Origin: Lama guanicoe
Taxonomy: Eukaryota
Assembly (NCBI GenBank): GCA_013239625.1
Contig: MU055178.1
Coordinates: 9,237,312-9,301,311 of the forward strand
Length of the DNA: 64,000 nucleotides
Direction of reading: 5' to 3'
Below are positions 48,161-60,222 of this stretch, piece by piece. A program made the position numbers and the translations under genes. A model generated the notes under the pieces. The model searched no databases. It had not been told where the DNA came from and saw only the letters and a list, made by a program, of their open reading frames with translations. Every line of letters begins with the position of its first letter. Within the stretch, counting starts at the first letter, position 1.

Positions 48161-50593
48161 TCTGCCTTTTTCCACCCTTTTATAATTATTTTAAAATAAC
48201 ATTTACTTTGTTTTCTATCACAAAAGGAACCAGTGCACAAACAGAATGGAAAAATATAGAAACATATGAAGACGAAAGAACCACCAAGACAAACAAAGAA
48301 ACCAAACCCAAGATCCTTAGCAATTCCTCTGAGCCAAGATAAAATGTTAACATTTGAGTGCCTTCCCTTTCAATCCTGTGCTTTGTGTGTGTCCATGCAG
48401 TCATATACCCACACGCATGTGCAAAATAGGGTCACATTGTACATTCTTTTTTGTTTCCAGTTTTTTTCACTTAACAATATAATGTTAACATTTCCCCACA
48501 TCAGTAAACAATCTTCAGTCCCCTGCTCATTAACTCAACCAAGGCGTGCTCTGCCCAACTCTGTGTTCTTTGGTGTCCAGTCACAAGGCTTCTCTCTGGG
48601 CTGCCACCCCAGGGGGACACTGAGCCCTTTCCAGCAGACTGAGTTGGCTTGTACCCCAGCGGCTTGCTTTGCAAGTGATACATGCTCCTTTTGTCTGTGA
48701 ATCTATCGAACTCTATTCAAGATGGGCCTGTTATCTTGTTCAAAGTCTGTGAGAGATAGAGGGATGCAGGGAGAGCCAGTGAGCCTTTCCCACAAGGATG
48801 CTCCAATGTTGTGTGGTCCCCTCACCTCCAAAGTGGATTTAGAACCAGAGGGGTGGGTACAGAAGATGAGGCCAGCCCTGTTAGGATGTCTGACCCCTTG
48901 CAGCCATTCCAGTCCCTGTTTCCGGAGGGGAATTAATTGTTGGCTTCTGGGAAGCAGTTCTCAAAGTGATGTTGCATGGATATGGTAGGAACCACTGACC
49001 TTCAGACCTGAGCGGGCTACGTCTTATTTTCAGCTCAAGTGTAATGAACCACTTTGAGAGGATAAACATTAACTGAGGGAACATGAAGAGGATTTTATCT
49101 GGGGGCAAATCCTTAGAGTCTATAGGAATCTGTAGGTGTAGGCTTTGCAAGTGATACATGCTCCTTTTGTCTGTGAATCTATCGAACTCTATTCAAGATG
49201 GCCCATCTTGGCCCATGTGTATATGTCTCCCAACCTCTGCCCAGAACGGCCAGGTGGGTGACCTCCTTAGAAAGGACTGACATCCCAGGAGTCAAGGTTC
49301 CTGGGCAGAACTTCCAGGGCTCAGTCCCAGCCTCTTTGCCAAAAGGTTAAAAAAAAAAAAGGCAATTTTTTTCATCAACCACTAGAGATGGGGAAAGCAT
49401 TGCTGAGTCATAACCCCATTCCCAATCCATCCCTCTCAAAGGAAGAACTGTGACTCCAACTGGGCGACCTGAACCAGGAGGCTAAATGCATTGCTAGAAT
49501 TCATTACTGTGATCAGAGACGAAAACACAACCCGGGCCTCTCCTACTGGGAGGGGAAGCTCCCTTGAAGCCTGTGGTTATTATCTCATTGATACTCAGTA
49601 TAAATCCAGTATAAATGGCTAATTTTTTTTTATTTGTAGTTTTATTAGGTAGATGTGTTACAATTTGACTGCACATATGCAATATATTGCATGTAAATAC
49701 AGGTACACAATTTACTGCACATATATTTTAATTTATATATATGTACAGTCCATTGTTTCTAAGAATATTTAGAACTTCAGCTTTTTAAACTTACATAGTT
49801 ATCAAAAGAATAAAGCCAACCACAAAATAAGAATTAATTCAAAAAGATACATACACCCCGCTGTTAACATTTATTTCTCACACACCAGGCACTATTGCAT
49901 TTTAGCAAAGACCCCACCCCCAGAGAGGAGCTACTTCCCGAGCTCAGCCTGGCTGCTCACTCACCAGAGCCCACCCCCTTAGAGACCTGCACCTACCGGT
50001 CTGGGCTGCGGTGGGAAGCCTTCCTTCCTCCTTTCTTACTTTCCTCACACGCAGCAGCATCTGAGTAAAACCAGAGAGCCCCTGCCCTACGTGGCTGGGA
50101 CCTGGACATCCTCTTCCTCCTTCCTCTCCCCCTGGTCCAAGCTAGGAAACTGCAAGGTGGAGTTGCAAACAAGTTTAAGGCCTTTGGTGAGCCTGTCATT
50201 TTTCTTGGTCCTCTCCATCCTCCCGCCCTTCCTCTCATGGCACCTGCCGATAGTAATTGTCCAAAGTAATGTTCCTCTTGGCCTCCCAGTAGATGGCAGG
50301 GTTTGGGGGTGGGGCGTGGGAGAACGATGCCTACTGGCAGGGTCTGGCTTTGGTCGCTGCTCCTGAGTCAGCCCCAGGACTTTCCCCATTTTCCCAGCCC
50401 ATCAGCCTAATGTCCCCAGAGCCAGTCCCCACCCAGGCCTTCCTGGAAATGAAGTCACATCAACAGACCTGCCTGTCTTTCTAAGGAGGTTATGGAGAAT
50501 TTCAACATGCTGACCTCAGGGCCCCTCATTTGTCTTTTTCCTCCTTCTCCTTCTTGTTTTTGGTGGTAGAATATATGTAACATAACATTTACT

Positions 50594-50725
50594 CTTTTTT
50601 TTAGGGGGGAGGGAGGTAATGAGGTTTATTTATTTTTATTTATTTATTAACAGAGATACTGGGGATTGAACCTAGGACCTCGTGCATGCTAAGCACACAC
50701 TCTACCACTGAGCCACACCTCCCCC
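50594..50725 (-). mobile_element. Camelid tRNA-Ala-derived SINE (vic-1 type)
   Basis: GGGGGAGGTGTGGCTCAGTGGTAGAGTGTGTGCTTAGCATGCACGAGGTCCTAGGTTCAATCCCCAG followed by an AT-rich tail. Confidence 0.85.
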
Positions 50726-50896
50726 CTTCCCGCCCCCGCCAAATTGGCCATTTTGATGATTTTTTGAACGTACAGTTCTGTGGCACTGTACACTCTATTT
50801 TATTCTTGTTCTCGGCACCCTGAATGAGAGTAGGCCTGTTTCCTTGGGCCAACTTAAATACCGGATTTCTCCCATTTGGATTGATTCCCTATTCCC

Positions 50897-51245
50897 GGTT
50901 AAAAAGAAACTGAAGCACATTAAAATTTTTTGAGTATATTTGAGCATATATTGATTCTAATCCGGCAGCACCAAACCAAAGGTGTTTCGGAGTGCTCCAC
51001 TGACAGGAGCGAGGGGCAAAGTTTTCAGAGAGAAGATGCGGAAGCGAAGTGAAGAAATGATTTGATTGGCTGTAGCTAAAGTGGTTGCCTTATTTGGGAA
51101 AGCCCAGTGGGCTGTTTGTGATTGGTTGTCTTCATGTGTCAGGTCCTCAGATTCGAGAGCATTGACTCTGGCTTAGGCTTGGGGTGCTTATGTGGCTACC
51201 AAGGCATCAGAGCCACCCCAGTCTAACAGCCTCCTTGTTTAAATC
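50897..51245 (-). mobile_element. Solo LTR of the same family as the provirus LTRs
   Basis: The reverse complement shares blocks with the provirus LTRs (ttagactg-ggtggc, aatcacaaacagcc, gagc-ctcc, gctcaaata, cttcagtttcttttaac). Confidence 0.75.
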
Positions 51246-52161
51246 CTCAGCACCCACAACCACCCATGTGATAGATGTAAGTTTCCTGCTGAGCCTGCCT
51301 TCCCTCAGCTGAAGGCTACTGGGTGGCTTTTTAAATAAAAAAATTGAAGTGAGTTAGTCTTGATTTCAGAGTGTGCCAACCTACTCTTCTTAGCCATGTG
51401 TGAGGAAGGGAAGACCCCAGAGCCTAAAATGCCCTGAAGGCTGCCAGCTTCCATGGGGCTGCACCCCAGGGAGAGAGAGGCACTGGTCCGTGGGTGAGGG
51501 GGTTTGGGATCCCAGCTTCATGGAGTGAGGACGGGTCTTTCTCCAGAAGTTTGCACTTGCTTGGAATGGAGCAATGTTCCATCTGTGGGCAGAGACCCAA
51601 GCCCATGATGGGCAGCCCTGTTGTCAGGATGTTTTTGGCCGCAAGAAATCAAAAACCCTGATTTACAGTGGCCTAACATGTGGTCAAATCAAGGATCCAG
51701 ATTCTTTTCATCTTTCTGCTCTGACATCCTTGGCACTGGGTTTTTCCTAAGATTGGTTACCCTGATGGACCTAATCCTCCAACACCCACGTGCCAGGGGA
51801 AACCTGCACCGTGCTTCTGGGTTAGCTCCGACAGGAGAAAGAAACCACTTTCCAAAGCACAGACTTTACGTCCTTCTCCTGGCTGACTGGGCCAACTTCA
51901 GTCCTGTGTCCACCCGGGAGCTTTACAGGCGTTATCAGGTGGGTGATGTGGTGGGTGGACTTTGACTGATGAAGACCCAGCGCTGGTGCCGGGGGTATGG
52001 TCCCTTACCTGAGTCATGGTTTATCAGCTCCCTGGGGGTTGTGCTCCATGGAGAAGAGGTACATACTGAACAAAATTTGGTTTCTGTTAGGAGGAAAGAT
52101 GGGGGAACGTCTCCTAGAGCAGTGTTTTTCAAGCCATGAGTTAGTCCGCTGATCATGAAAT

Positions 52162-52373
52162 CAGGTCAGACTATGGCCCACGGACCAAAGTCAACCTACC
52201 ACCCATTTTTGTAAATAAAGTTTTATTGGAACACAGCAATGCCCATTTCTTTCCTGTTGTCTATGGCAGCTTTCCCTCTACAATGGAAGCCTTGAGTAGT
52301 TGCAACCACGCGGTCCTCAGAGCCTGAAACGTTCACTGTCTGGCCCTCCACAGAAAACATTTGCTGATCCCTG
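52162..52373. mobile_element. MER58A-like hAT-Charlie MITE
   Basis: actatggcccacgg...ttttgtaaataaagttttattggaacacagc...acagaaaacatttgctgatccctg. Confidence 0.8.
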
Positions 52374-52989
52374 ACTTACAGAATCTCAACCAGCACCAAG
52401 GAATGAAACATAGACTAGAATAGAAAATACCAGACAGCACTGCATGTCATAGGAACGCACATTCGTGCACGGACCCTTTCTTTCAGTTTTGTAGAATCAT
52501 ACATTCATACTTGTGAGTGCTGGGTTATAATCTGTTTCTTAAGGTGGCTCTTGGTGAAAACAGTTTGAAAACTGCACTAGAGCATTGTTCACCTTCTCTT
52601 TCTTTTCTTTCTTTCTCAAGGTACAATTGACAATATAACATTGTATTTTACATATAACAATTGTACTAGTTTCAAATGTACAATGGAATGATTTGATATT
52701 TGTGAAATAAAAGCACTATTCATTTTTGACATGGAAATAGCCTCTTAAAGACGTCTGAGAGCTGGAGACAGAGTTAACAAGAGAGGACATGAAACTGTTT
52801 TTTGGTAGTGACCTAGGGGAGCTGGATGAAAAGGCAGAGATTAAGCAGGAGTCTGGCCGGGAGAACGCTGGACCACAGAGGTCAGGCTCAGGAGGGTCCA
52901 TGCTGAGGGTGGGATCACACTGGGCAGGGCTCTCAGCCCTTGATACAGGCTCCAAGTATGTCATCTGCCTCTTTTTTTTTTTTAACATA

Positions 52990-53133
52990 TTTTTTGGGGA
53001 GGTAATAGGTAATTAGGTTTATTTATTTGAAAGTTTTATTTTAATTTATTTAATTTTTAATGGAGGTACTGGGGTTGAGTCCAGGACTTTATGCAAGCTA
53101 AGCACATGCTCTACCACTAAGCTACACCCTCCC
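52990..53133 (-). mobile_element. Camelid tRNA-Ala-derived SINE (vic-1 type)
   Basis: GGGAGGGTGTAGCTTAGTGGTAGAGCATGTGCTTAGCTTGCATAAAGTCCTGGACTCAACCCCAG followed by a tail. Confidence 0.8.
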
Positions 53134-54899
53134 TTCTTTGTGCTTCTTGTTAAGGTGAAGGAAGACCTCTGAGCTGCTGCTGTCCTGTCAGTCTGTGACT
53201 TCCGGAGGGGTGTCTACCTCATTCCATGGATGGAAAACCACAGGCAGAGGGGCCCCTCCACTGAGAACGCAGTGGCAGGATTGGGGCTGTGGCCCCTCAG
53301 GGGCTTTTCTACCCACCCTCCTGCTGGCCCCAAGTTTTCTTTGGCTCAAGATCCATCTATGCCTAGGAAGAAGCTTGTGCAGGCTGGACCAAATGGGAAC
53401 CCACTGGGAGGACTGACCTCTAGGTTTTCCGCTCCCGAGAAGCCTGCTCTGACCTGCACAAAGCAGAGGAAATCTCTTCTGACTGCTTAGGGAAGGGGGT
53501 CTGGCCCACAGGTTTCCTTGTTCCTGGGCCTCTGGCTTTTAGCAATTGCCCTCCTTGTCCTCCAACTCTGGGACAACTTTCTGCTTAGCTGGGAGTAATT
53601 AGAGCACAAGGAGGCTGAAGTCATCCAATTGTCTCCAAGACCTCCCTACTCTGCTGTTAGCAAGGCAGCACCAGGGCTGTTTATGGCTGCCGCCACTTCA
53701 AAGACATTGGGTGGCTTTGACATTTATAGGGGAACCAACCGAGTTAATGAACCAGAGAGGTTTCTGGTTCCTGGGGGGATCCTCTTACGGGAAGAAGAAA
53801 TCCATCCCAGACAGAAATGTCCAGAAATTTATTGGAACCATCCAGCCAAGGGCACATACCCTCGTGCTTCTTTTTGCTGTGACTTCACGACTAGACAGGC
53901 AGGCGGCTCCGAGCAGGTCCTTGGAGAGGAGGCCCTAGCAGTGCCATCCAGATGAGCGGCCCCATGTCAGCAGGCGCCCTGGGTACTGGGCTCGCCTTTC
54001 TAGTGCTGCCTCCAGGGCTTGGAGGGTGGCCCAGTGGTCTTCCCACATGTCAAAGCCTAGTCTTTTGACAAAGTGAACTCACCTGGAGCCCCAGGATGAG
54101 ACAGCTGAGGGCGGGGCGGCTCTGCTGGACTGTGTGGAGAGCCCTTGGCTGGACCTCACTAGCTGCGGAAGGTTACCCTTCCTCCAGGACAGTCCCCGAG
54201 GCGCAGTATCTGTAAACCCCTTACTTTGTAGAGAAGGAAGAGGAAGTTCTAAGATGTTGGGTGACCTCCTGGCTTGGGTGCCGCAGGAAGCAGAGCTTGA
54301 GGCAAAGGTGTGGTTGCTGGTGGTTTACTTGAAGGGCGATTCTAGCAGATGGGAGGGAAGAGTGGGCAAAGGGCGCCAAGGAAGAAGGGGGGAACATTAA
54401 TAAAAAAATACGTTCTCTCTGACGGGGCCCGAACTCTCCCAGGGCCTTCTGGGTTGGTTGGGGCACTTATGGGCTGGTTCCCATCTGCCTGGTTGGGTGA
54501 AGAGTAACTCCCTGCACTTGCAGGCTGAGATCTCCTTCAGGACAGAGAAAATGTTGGGACCTCAGGTGTGAAGAAGTGGCCTTTTGCAGGCAGACTCTGT
54601 CCGTGCAGGTAAATCTGAGCTCACGTGGAACTTTCCCTCTTGGCTGTCCCTGAAATCAGAGCTACGCCCAGAGCTACACTCGCACGTGACATCATGAGGC
54701 CCTGGCAGAGCCTGATACTAGGGATTTATCCAAGGTCAAGAAAGTCAGTGAGCTGGACCTAGGAGCAGGGATCTCGGAGCAAGAATAATAAAGGAGATTT
54801 CTACGTAGGTACCCGAATACACACAGTCTGACACAGGCATAAAATCACAGACGCGTCTTCTCTCCCCATCTCATGCACACACTCATACGTTTGACCCTT

Positions 54900-55445
54900 A
54901 GTGTTTGAAAGGCTTGTGGAAATAGAGAAGCAGATGAGAAAAGCACAGGCTATTTATTCTGAAGTTTGTTACAGCAAGGGAGTCAGCCACTGTCCTTGGA
55001 TTTTGGCAGAGACTCAAAGGCAGGCAGAGAAGGGCCAGCTCTAAAGTGGGAGAAACAGGGGAGTCTTCAGATGTGCCCTGTCTGGAGACTGTTGGCCTGG
55101 GGCAGCTGAGCTGGTGGCCGGCCAGCTGGAAGTGGGGCATCCTATGTGACTGGTTAGGGGAGTCGATTTGACTTTCTTTGGTTGGTCAAAAGTGAAAGAA
55201 GCTGTTAGTTATTAATTCAGTCCTGGGCACTTGGGACTGATTGTTTCAGAGGTTATTGTTGGGCTCCTGGGACAGCTCGAGCCAGCCATCTGACTTCCTG
55301 TAAGTCTGGTTTATATCAGACTGGCTTCCTGGGCCAGGTACTATTGATAAGGGGTTAGTTCCTGTGCTGGTGGCTGCAGGTGAGGGGTCAAAGTTCTATT
55401 TTTATATATGGGCTGGCCATCGTCCATTTGTAAATTCAGTCTCTT
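54900..55445 (-). mobile_element. Probable solo LTR (ERV1-like)
   Basis: The minus strand begins TGAGAC/TGAATT-like, has CCAATCA/TAACCAGTCA boxes and an AATAAA near its end. Family not identified. Confidence 0.5.
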
Positions 55446-57994
55446 AGGAATTTAAGGGCTATCAAAGGCAAGAATCACCTCCGGCCTCTCTGCAGACGGT
55501 AAGCCATGCACCTGTTCTGGAACACATCTAGCAGCAAGAGGCGTGATGCTTTAGTGCGGCTCACGCCCTTACCTGCTGGAATAGTCTTCCTTGTCCAGGG
55601 CCAAAACCTTCTCCCAGGGACTTCCACACTTACCCGCCTCTTACGGTAACTGTTATTGAATATTTGCAAACTGTTTTTAAAATGTTAATTAATTAATTAA
55701 TCTATTTATTTATTTCCACACTTTAGTCTCGCTTTCACCCTCTGCAGCAGCGCAGAGGCAGCCCGCCCCGCCTTCTGCCTTTCTCGCACATCAGAGGCCG
55801 CGTAGTGCAGGGGTCAGGAGCAGGCAGTTAAAGTCAGATTTGGGGTGAGTTTCTGGCCTTGTGACTTGTCATCTGTTTGACTTGGGTAAGAGAACCTCCA
55901 TTTCCTCAGCTATGAATTGGGTAATGAGATCTCCTAAGGACTGTCGTAAGAATTAAATCAGATGATGCTCGTCGACGGCTCAGTGATGGGTCCCTATGAC
56001 TGAAGGTCGCTATCCTGCCTGCTTTTCCAAGCTCCCCTGCACACACTTGGCTGCCATTTCAAGACTTGCCCTAAAACAGCCCACTCATCCGCTCTGGCTG
56101 CAGACGGGCTAGGGGTGAGGCCGGGAGACAGCGCAGGTGCTGGGACTCTGCTGTCTAGGGCTGGAGGGTCTGGAGGCTGGTGTGCCAGGGTCAGGGAGAG
56201 AGCACAACTTGCGGGCTGCCTGGGGAGAAAGGTGATCAGGAAATTAGGAGCTGGACTTCTGGGTCGGCCCCGAGAGCTGTGAGGCAGTGGGGGTGGGAAA
56301 TTGTCCTGCTAATTGTCCAACCTAACCTCCAAACTCAGCTTGGATCCCCAGTGTTTGGGAGCACAGCCTAAGAGAGAAGGGCCCCAGGCTTTCTTCTGGG
56401 CTGGGTCTTATGGGAAAAGCTCCCCGGGCCCAGACCAGACCACACCTCTGGGCTCGAGGCCCCATGCTGTCCTGTCCCTCCTGTACCCCAGAGTGCCCTG
56501 AATACGAACCTCCTTGGAGATCCCCATCTAGGGGCAGGGTAGGGGCTGGCCGTAGAGCAATAACAAGGCTGGCTTTTGGGGCGGTGGGAGGGCCCCAGAG
56601 TGGGAGAGGGAAGGGGGATGGGATGGGATAAAGTGGTGGGGGTGCAAGGAGGCAGTGGAGTTTATGAATATCCTCTGTGCCCCTTCTTCGGGCCTTACTG
56701 ACTGATCAGCTAGCCTGGCAGTTAGTTGCTAAGGGTGCCCCCATCTTCTGTCTGACACTGGGCACTGAGGAGATACAAACGCCGCTTATGGTGGGCCAGT
56801 CTGGCTGCATCTCCTTTCCGGGGTTCTGCCAAATCAACACGAATTTTCCTTAACAGGAGTCCCACCCCACGACCTGGGAAGGTGACCAAGTTACTATCAT
56901 TTTCAACTTTAGAGCTAAATGAGTGGGCTTCCTCCGGGCTGAGGGCCTGTATGTCCCACTTCCTGGAAAGACATCACAGCGGGCAGGTGTGTTAGCAAGC
57001 TTCTCCCTTTGGGCCACTCAGAAACACCGGAGGGGAGGAGTAAGGGAATCCCGGCAGACGGAAGTAGCAGAAACGGGATCCAAAATCAGCCTTCTTCATT
57101 CTGCACCTCCTCTGCTTCCTCCTCTGCCACAGCTGGGTGGAGAGTCTGGGGTCTACCGCTGTTGAGCGGTGTGGCCTCAGGTGATTCCATAACCATTCTG
57201 AGCTCAGCTCCTTCTCTGTGGAGTGAGGAGGTAGGGGGAGATCAGTTGCCTTAGGACTCAGATTTGAGCATGAAAATGCCAAGTGGTACGTGTGCCCTCA
57301 GCCAGCCTGGGCCCATCGTAACTCTGGGCAGTGACGCTGGTGCCTGGAACTTGATGGAGGAGTTCAGTCAAAATAGCCAGATGCTACCAGGCCCACAGAT
57401 TCCAAAGGGAACAGAGTGTTTCCTTTTCTTAGAAGAGGTTAAGAAACAAACAAACGAACATAAGCTGTAAATTTCTGGGCCATCTCCAAGAAGCCAAGAT
57501 AAATGAGAACCAGTCATCCTGCCCCACCCCTGGGCAGTGAACCTGGTGGACCAGGTAGGTGCTCATTTCTGGTCCTCTGGGTTCAACTGCTCTGGAACAT
57601 CTGGGAAGCCTGCTCCCTTCCCAAGGTGAGGGTGGAACAGTGCCTCTATTCAGACTTGCTCTTCAGAGAGGCCTTCTCTGGGGTGACTGCTTGTAAAGGA
57701 AATGGGCTGTCAGCTGGCCAGAACCTGGCCTGGTGGGTCCCCAGCCCAGGAGCATCCCTGTCGGGACCCCTGCTGGAAGGGGTGAGGAGGGAGGAGGAGG
57801 ACAGATAACCTTTGTGTGAGCGTCTGTGCTAGTNNNNNNNNNNNNNNNNNNNNNNNNNNNNNNNNNNNNNNNNNNNNNNNNNNNNNNNNNNNNNNNNNNN
57901 NNNNNNNNNNNNNNNNNNNNNNNNNNNNNNNNNNNNNNNNNNNNNNNNNNNNNNNNNNNNNNNNNNNNNNNNNNNNNNNNNNNNNNNNNNNNNN

Positions 57995-58255
57995 TGGTAG
58001 CTGCTAGCATTCCTTGGCTTGTGGTGGCATAACTCCAATCTCTGTCACCATCTTCACCGAGCTTTCTCCTCTTCTCTCCCTGATGAGGACACTTGCCATT
58101 GGATTTAGGATCCACTGGGTAATCTAGGATAATCTCATATCAAGATTCTTAACTTAGTTACATCAGCAAAGATCCTTTTTCCAAATAATGTCACATTCAC
58201 AGGTTGGAATGGAATGGGGCTGTGTCCTTTAGGGGGCTACCTTTCAACTCACCGT
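57995..58255 (-). mobile_element. MaLR (MLT1-type) LTR fragment next to a gap
   Basis: gcattccttggcttgtgg...gaggacacttgccattggatttagg...ttttccaaataatgtcacattcacagg. A similar MLT1 element spans the gap at about 37335-37715. Confidence 0.75.
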
Positions 58256-59709
58256 AGCGTCTAAGCACTCTGTCTGGTGTGTCCTTTTCACAATGCACCT
58301 AGAGGGGAGGGTAGCATTCTCATTTTTCAGAAGAGAGAACTGAGGTTCAGGAGTGATAATTTGTGCAAGTTCGTACCATCAGTAAGTGCCTGGACTAGGA
58401 TGGAAACGTAGGGCTTGTCCACCTGGACCAGAAAGAAGGGGACCAGAGTGTGAAAGGTATGGAGGAACGAAACAGAGTGGCCGGGGGAGGAGCCGCGGGT
58501 GGTTTTGTTTGCTGGAAAGAGGAGTGTGCGAGGGAGATGGAGATGAAGCTAGAAGGGGAGCAGGGCCTGCCCATTCCCGCCCTTGGCTGCTAGCCCAAGG
58601 AGCTTGGGCTTCATCCTGAGGTCAGTGAGGACACCCTGGAGAACTCTGTGTCTCCAAGAGTGAAGAGCAGATTTCTGGGTTGTGTGGAAGACGGGTAAGC
58701 CTGAAAGATGGGCACCAGTCAGGAAGATGTTAATAGACACTGGTCGTGGAGCTGGGAGGTGGGAAAGAGTCTGAGTCCCAGTGGAAGGCCAGCTGACAGG
58801 ATTACATGACTGATGAAAGCAGGGGAATTCAGGAACCCAGGAAACTCCCACCTTTGGCTGAGTGTGTCGTGGCGCCACTAGCGGAGCAGGGAACACAGCA
58901 GGATGCATGGGGCGGTGCGCATCCTGAGCACTCATGCTTTGTAGCTACCCAAGAGCTTTGAACATCTTCCCTGTGTTCAGTAATGAGTTAGTTACTTTGC
59001 AGGATCCTTGCAGAAGGGCAGGGGTGGGACCCACGCTCTGCAATCAGACAGCCCTCGGGCACCTTCCCTCAGGTAGGAACGAAGCAGCAGGAAGACAGAG
59101 GCTCCACACGGGGCCTGGATGTTGGCAGATCTGCCTCGGGAGGCGCTTTCCTCATTAGCTGACCCTGTGCTGTGGGTCTGGTCATGGTTCTTGGACGCGA
59201 AGCTCCATCCAGTTTCTCAAGACCCCAGACCATTCAGTGAACTACTTACTAGTCTTTATTAAATTCCCTTTTCTTTAAGCTGGCCAGACTGATTCTGTTA
59301 TTTGCAATAGTCCCAAGCAGTATGAGTGGGTTTAGGGGTGAGAGTGATAAAGGATGTTGGAGGACAGGGATGTGTGAAGGTGAGGTGCTGGGTTATCCGT
59401 GTGTGACTTCCAACTGGCTGTTGCCTAGATGGGCAGGAGCCGGGGGGTGGGGGTCCTGGGTGGGGACTGGTCTGGGATCATCAGCACTTAGGTGGCCGTG
59501 AAGCTCAGTAGGGTGTGTGTGGAGGGACAGGAGGCTAGAGAGCGTGCAGCCCCCGGGCCCCTTTGGAGGAGACTGAGAAGCCAGGAGAACCTGGAGAAAA
59601 TTATGTGAAAAGTAAGAGAGAAGACTTTAAAGAAAGAGCCTGAACTTACGACCCTGCACCTCACTGAAGGGAGTCTTGTCTCTCTCTGAGTCTCCCCACT
59701 CTGCCTCTG

Positions 59710-60222
59710 GGCTTTTTAAACTATTTTTGTACCACGGCCCCTTTGGAAGCCCGTGACTCTTGCTCAGAATAATGTTTTAAAATCTATGAAATAAAATAAA
59801 ATAGGTAAAATTATGAAGAAAATCAATTATATTGAAATACAATTATAGATATTTCTATTAAAAACGAATTTGTGTTATGGTAATAAATGTGTTTCTTTAT
59901 TAACGCATTGGATAAATAACGCAGTCTAGCAGAGGGCCAAGCAACCATGATTTCAATGTCATGACAGGAAGAAATATTTGAGCTATTTCCAACAATAGCA
60001 GTATGGCATTAAAACACCTGTAATTTCTCTTGTTGACACGGACACAGGTACTATTAATACTTCTGGGTTTGTGGCCTACAAATAGATAGAAGAAAACGTT
60101 AACATTCAGTTAGTGCTTAGCGAGAATAAGGATGCAATTCTTTTTCAGCCCAAGTTCATGGATCCTCTGAATTCTGTTCATGAGCCTCTTGGGGAGCTGT
60201 GACCCCAGGCTGAGAACCCCTG
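59710..60222. mobile_element. hAT-Charlie-like DNA transposon remnant
   Basis: AT-rich block ending gaccccaggctgagaacccctg, a Charlie-type terminus. Confidence 0.55.

Larger units (their letters stand above)
45018..49135 (+). repeat. Tandem duplication, 2 x 2059 bp (45018-47076 and 47077-49135)
   Basis: Identical ORFs at an offset of 2059 in the ORF track; no differences seen by eye. Confidence 0.97.

Noticed and set aside
50650-50725. tRNA-Ala genes at the SINE heads
   Set aside because: They are diverged, followed by SINE tails and present in several copies, so they are retroposons.
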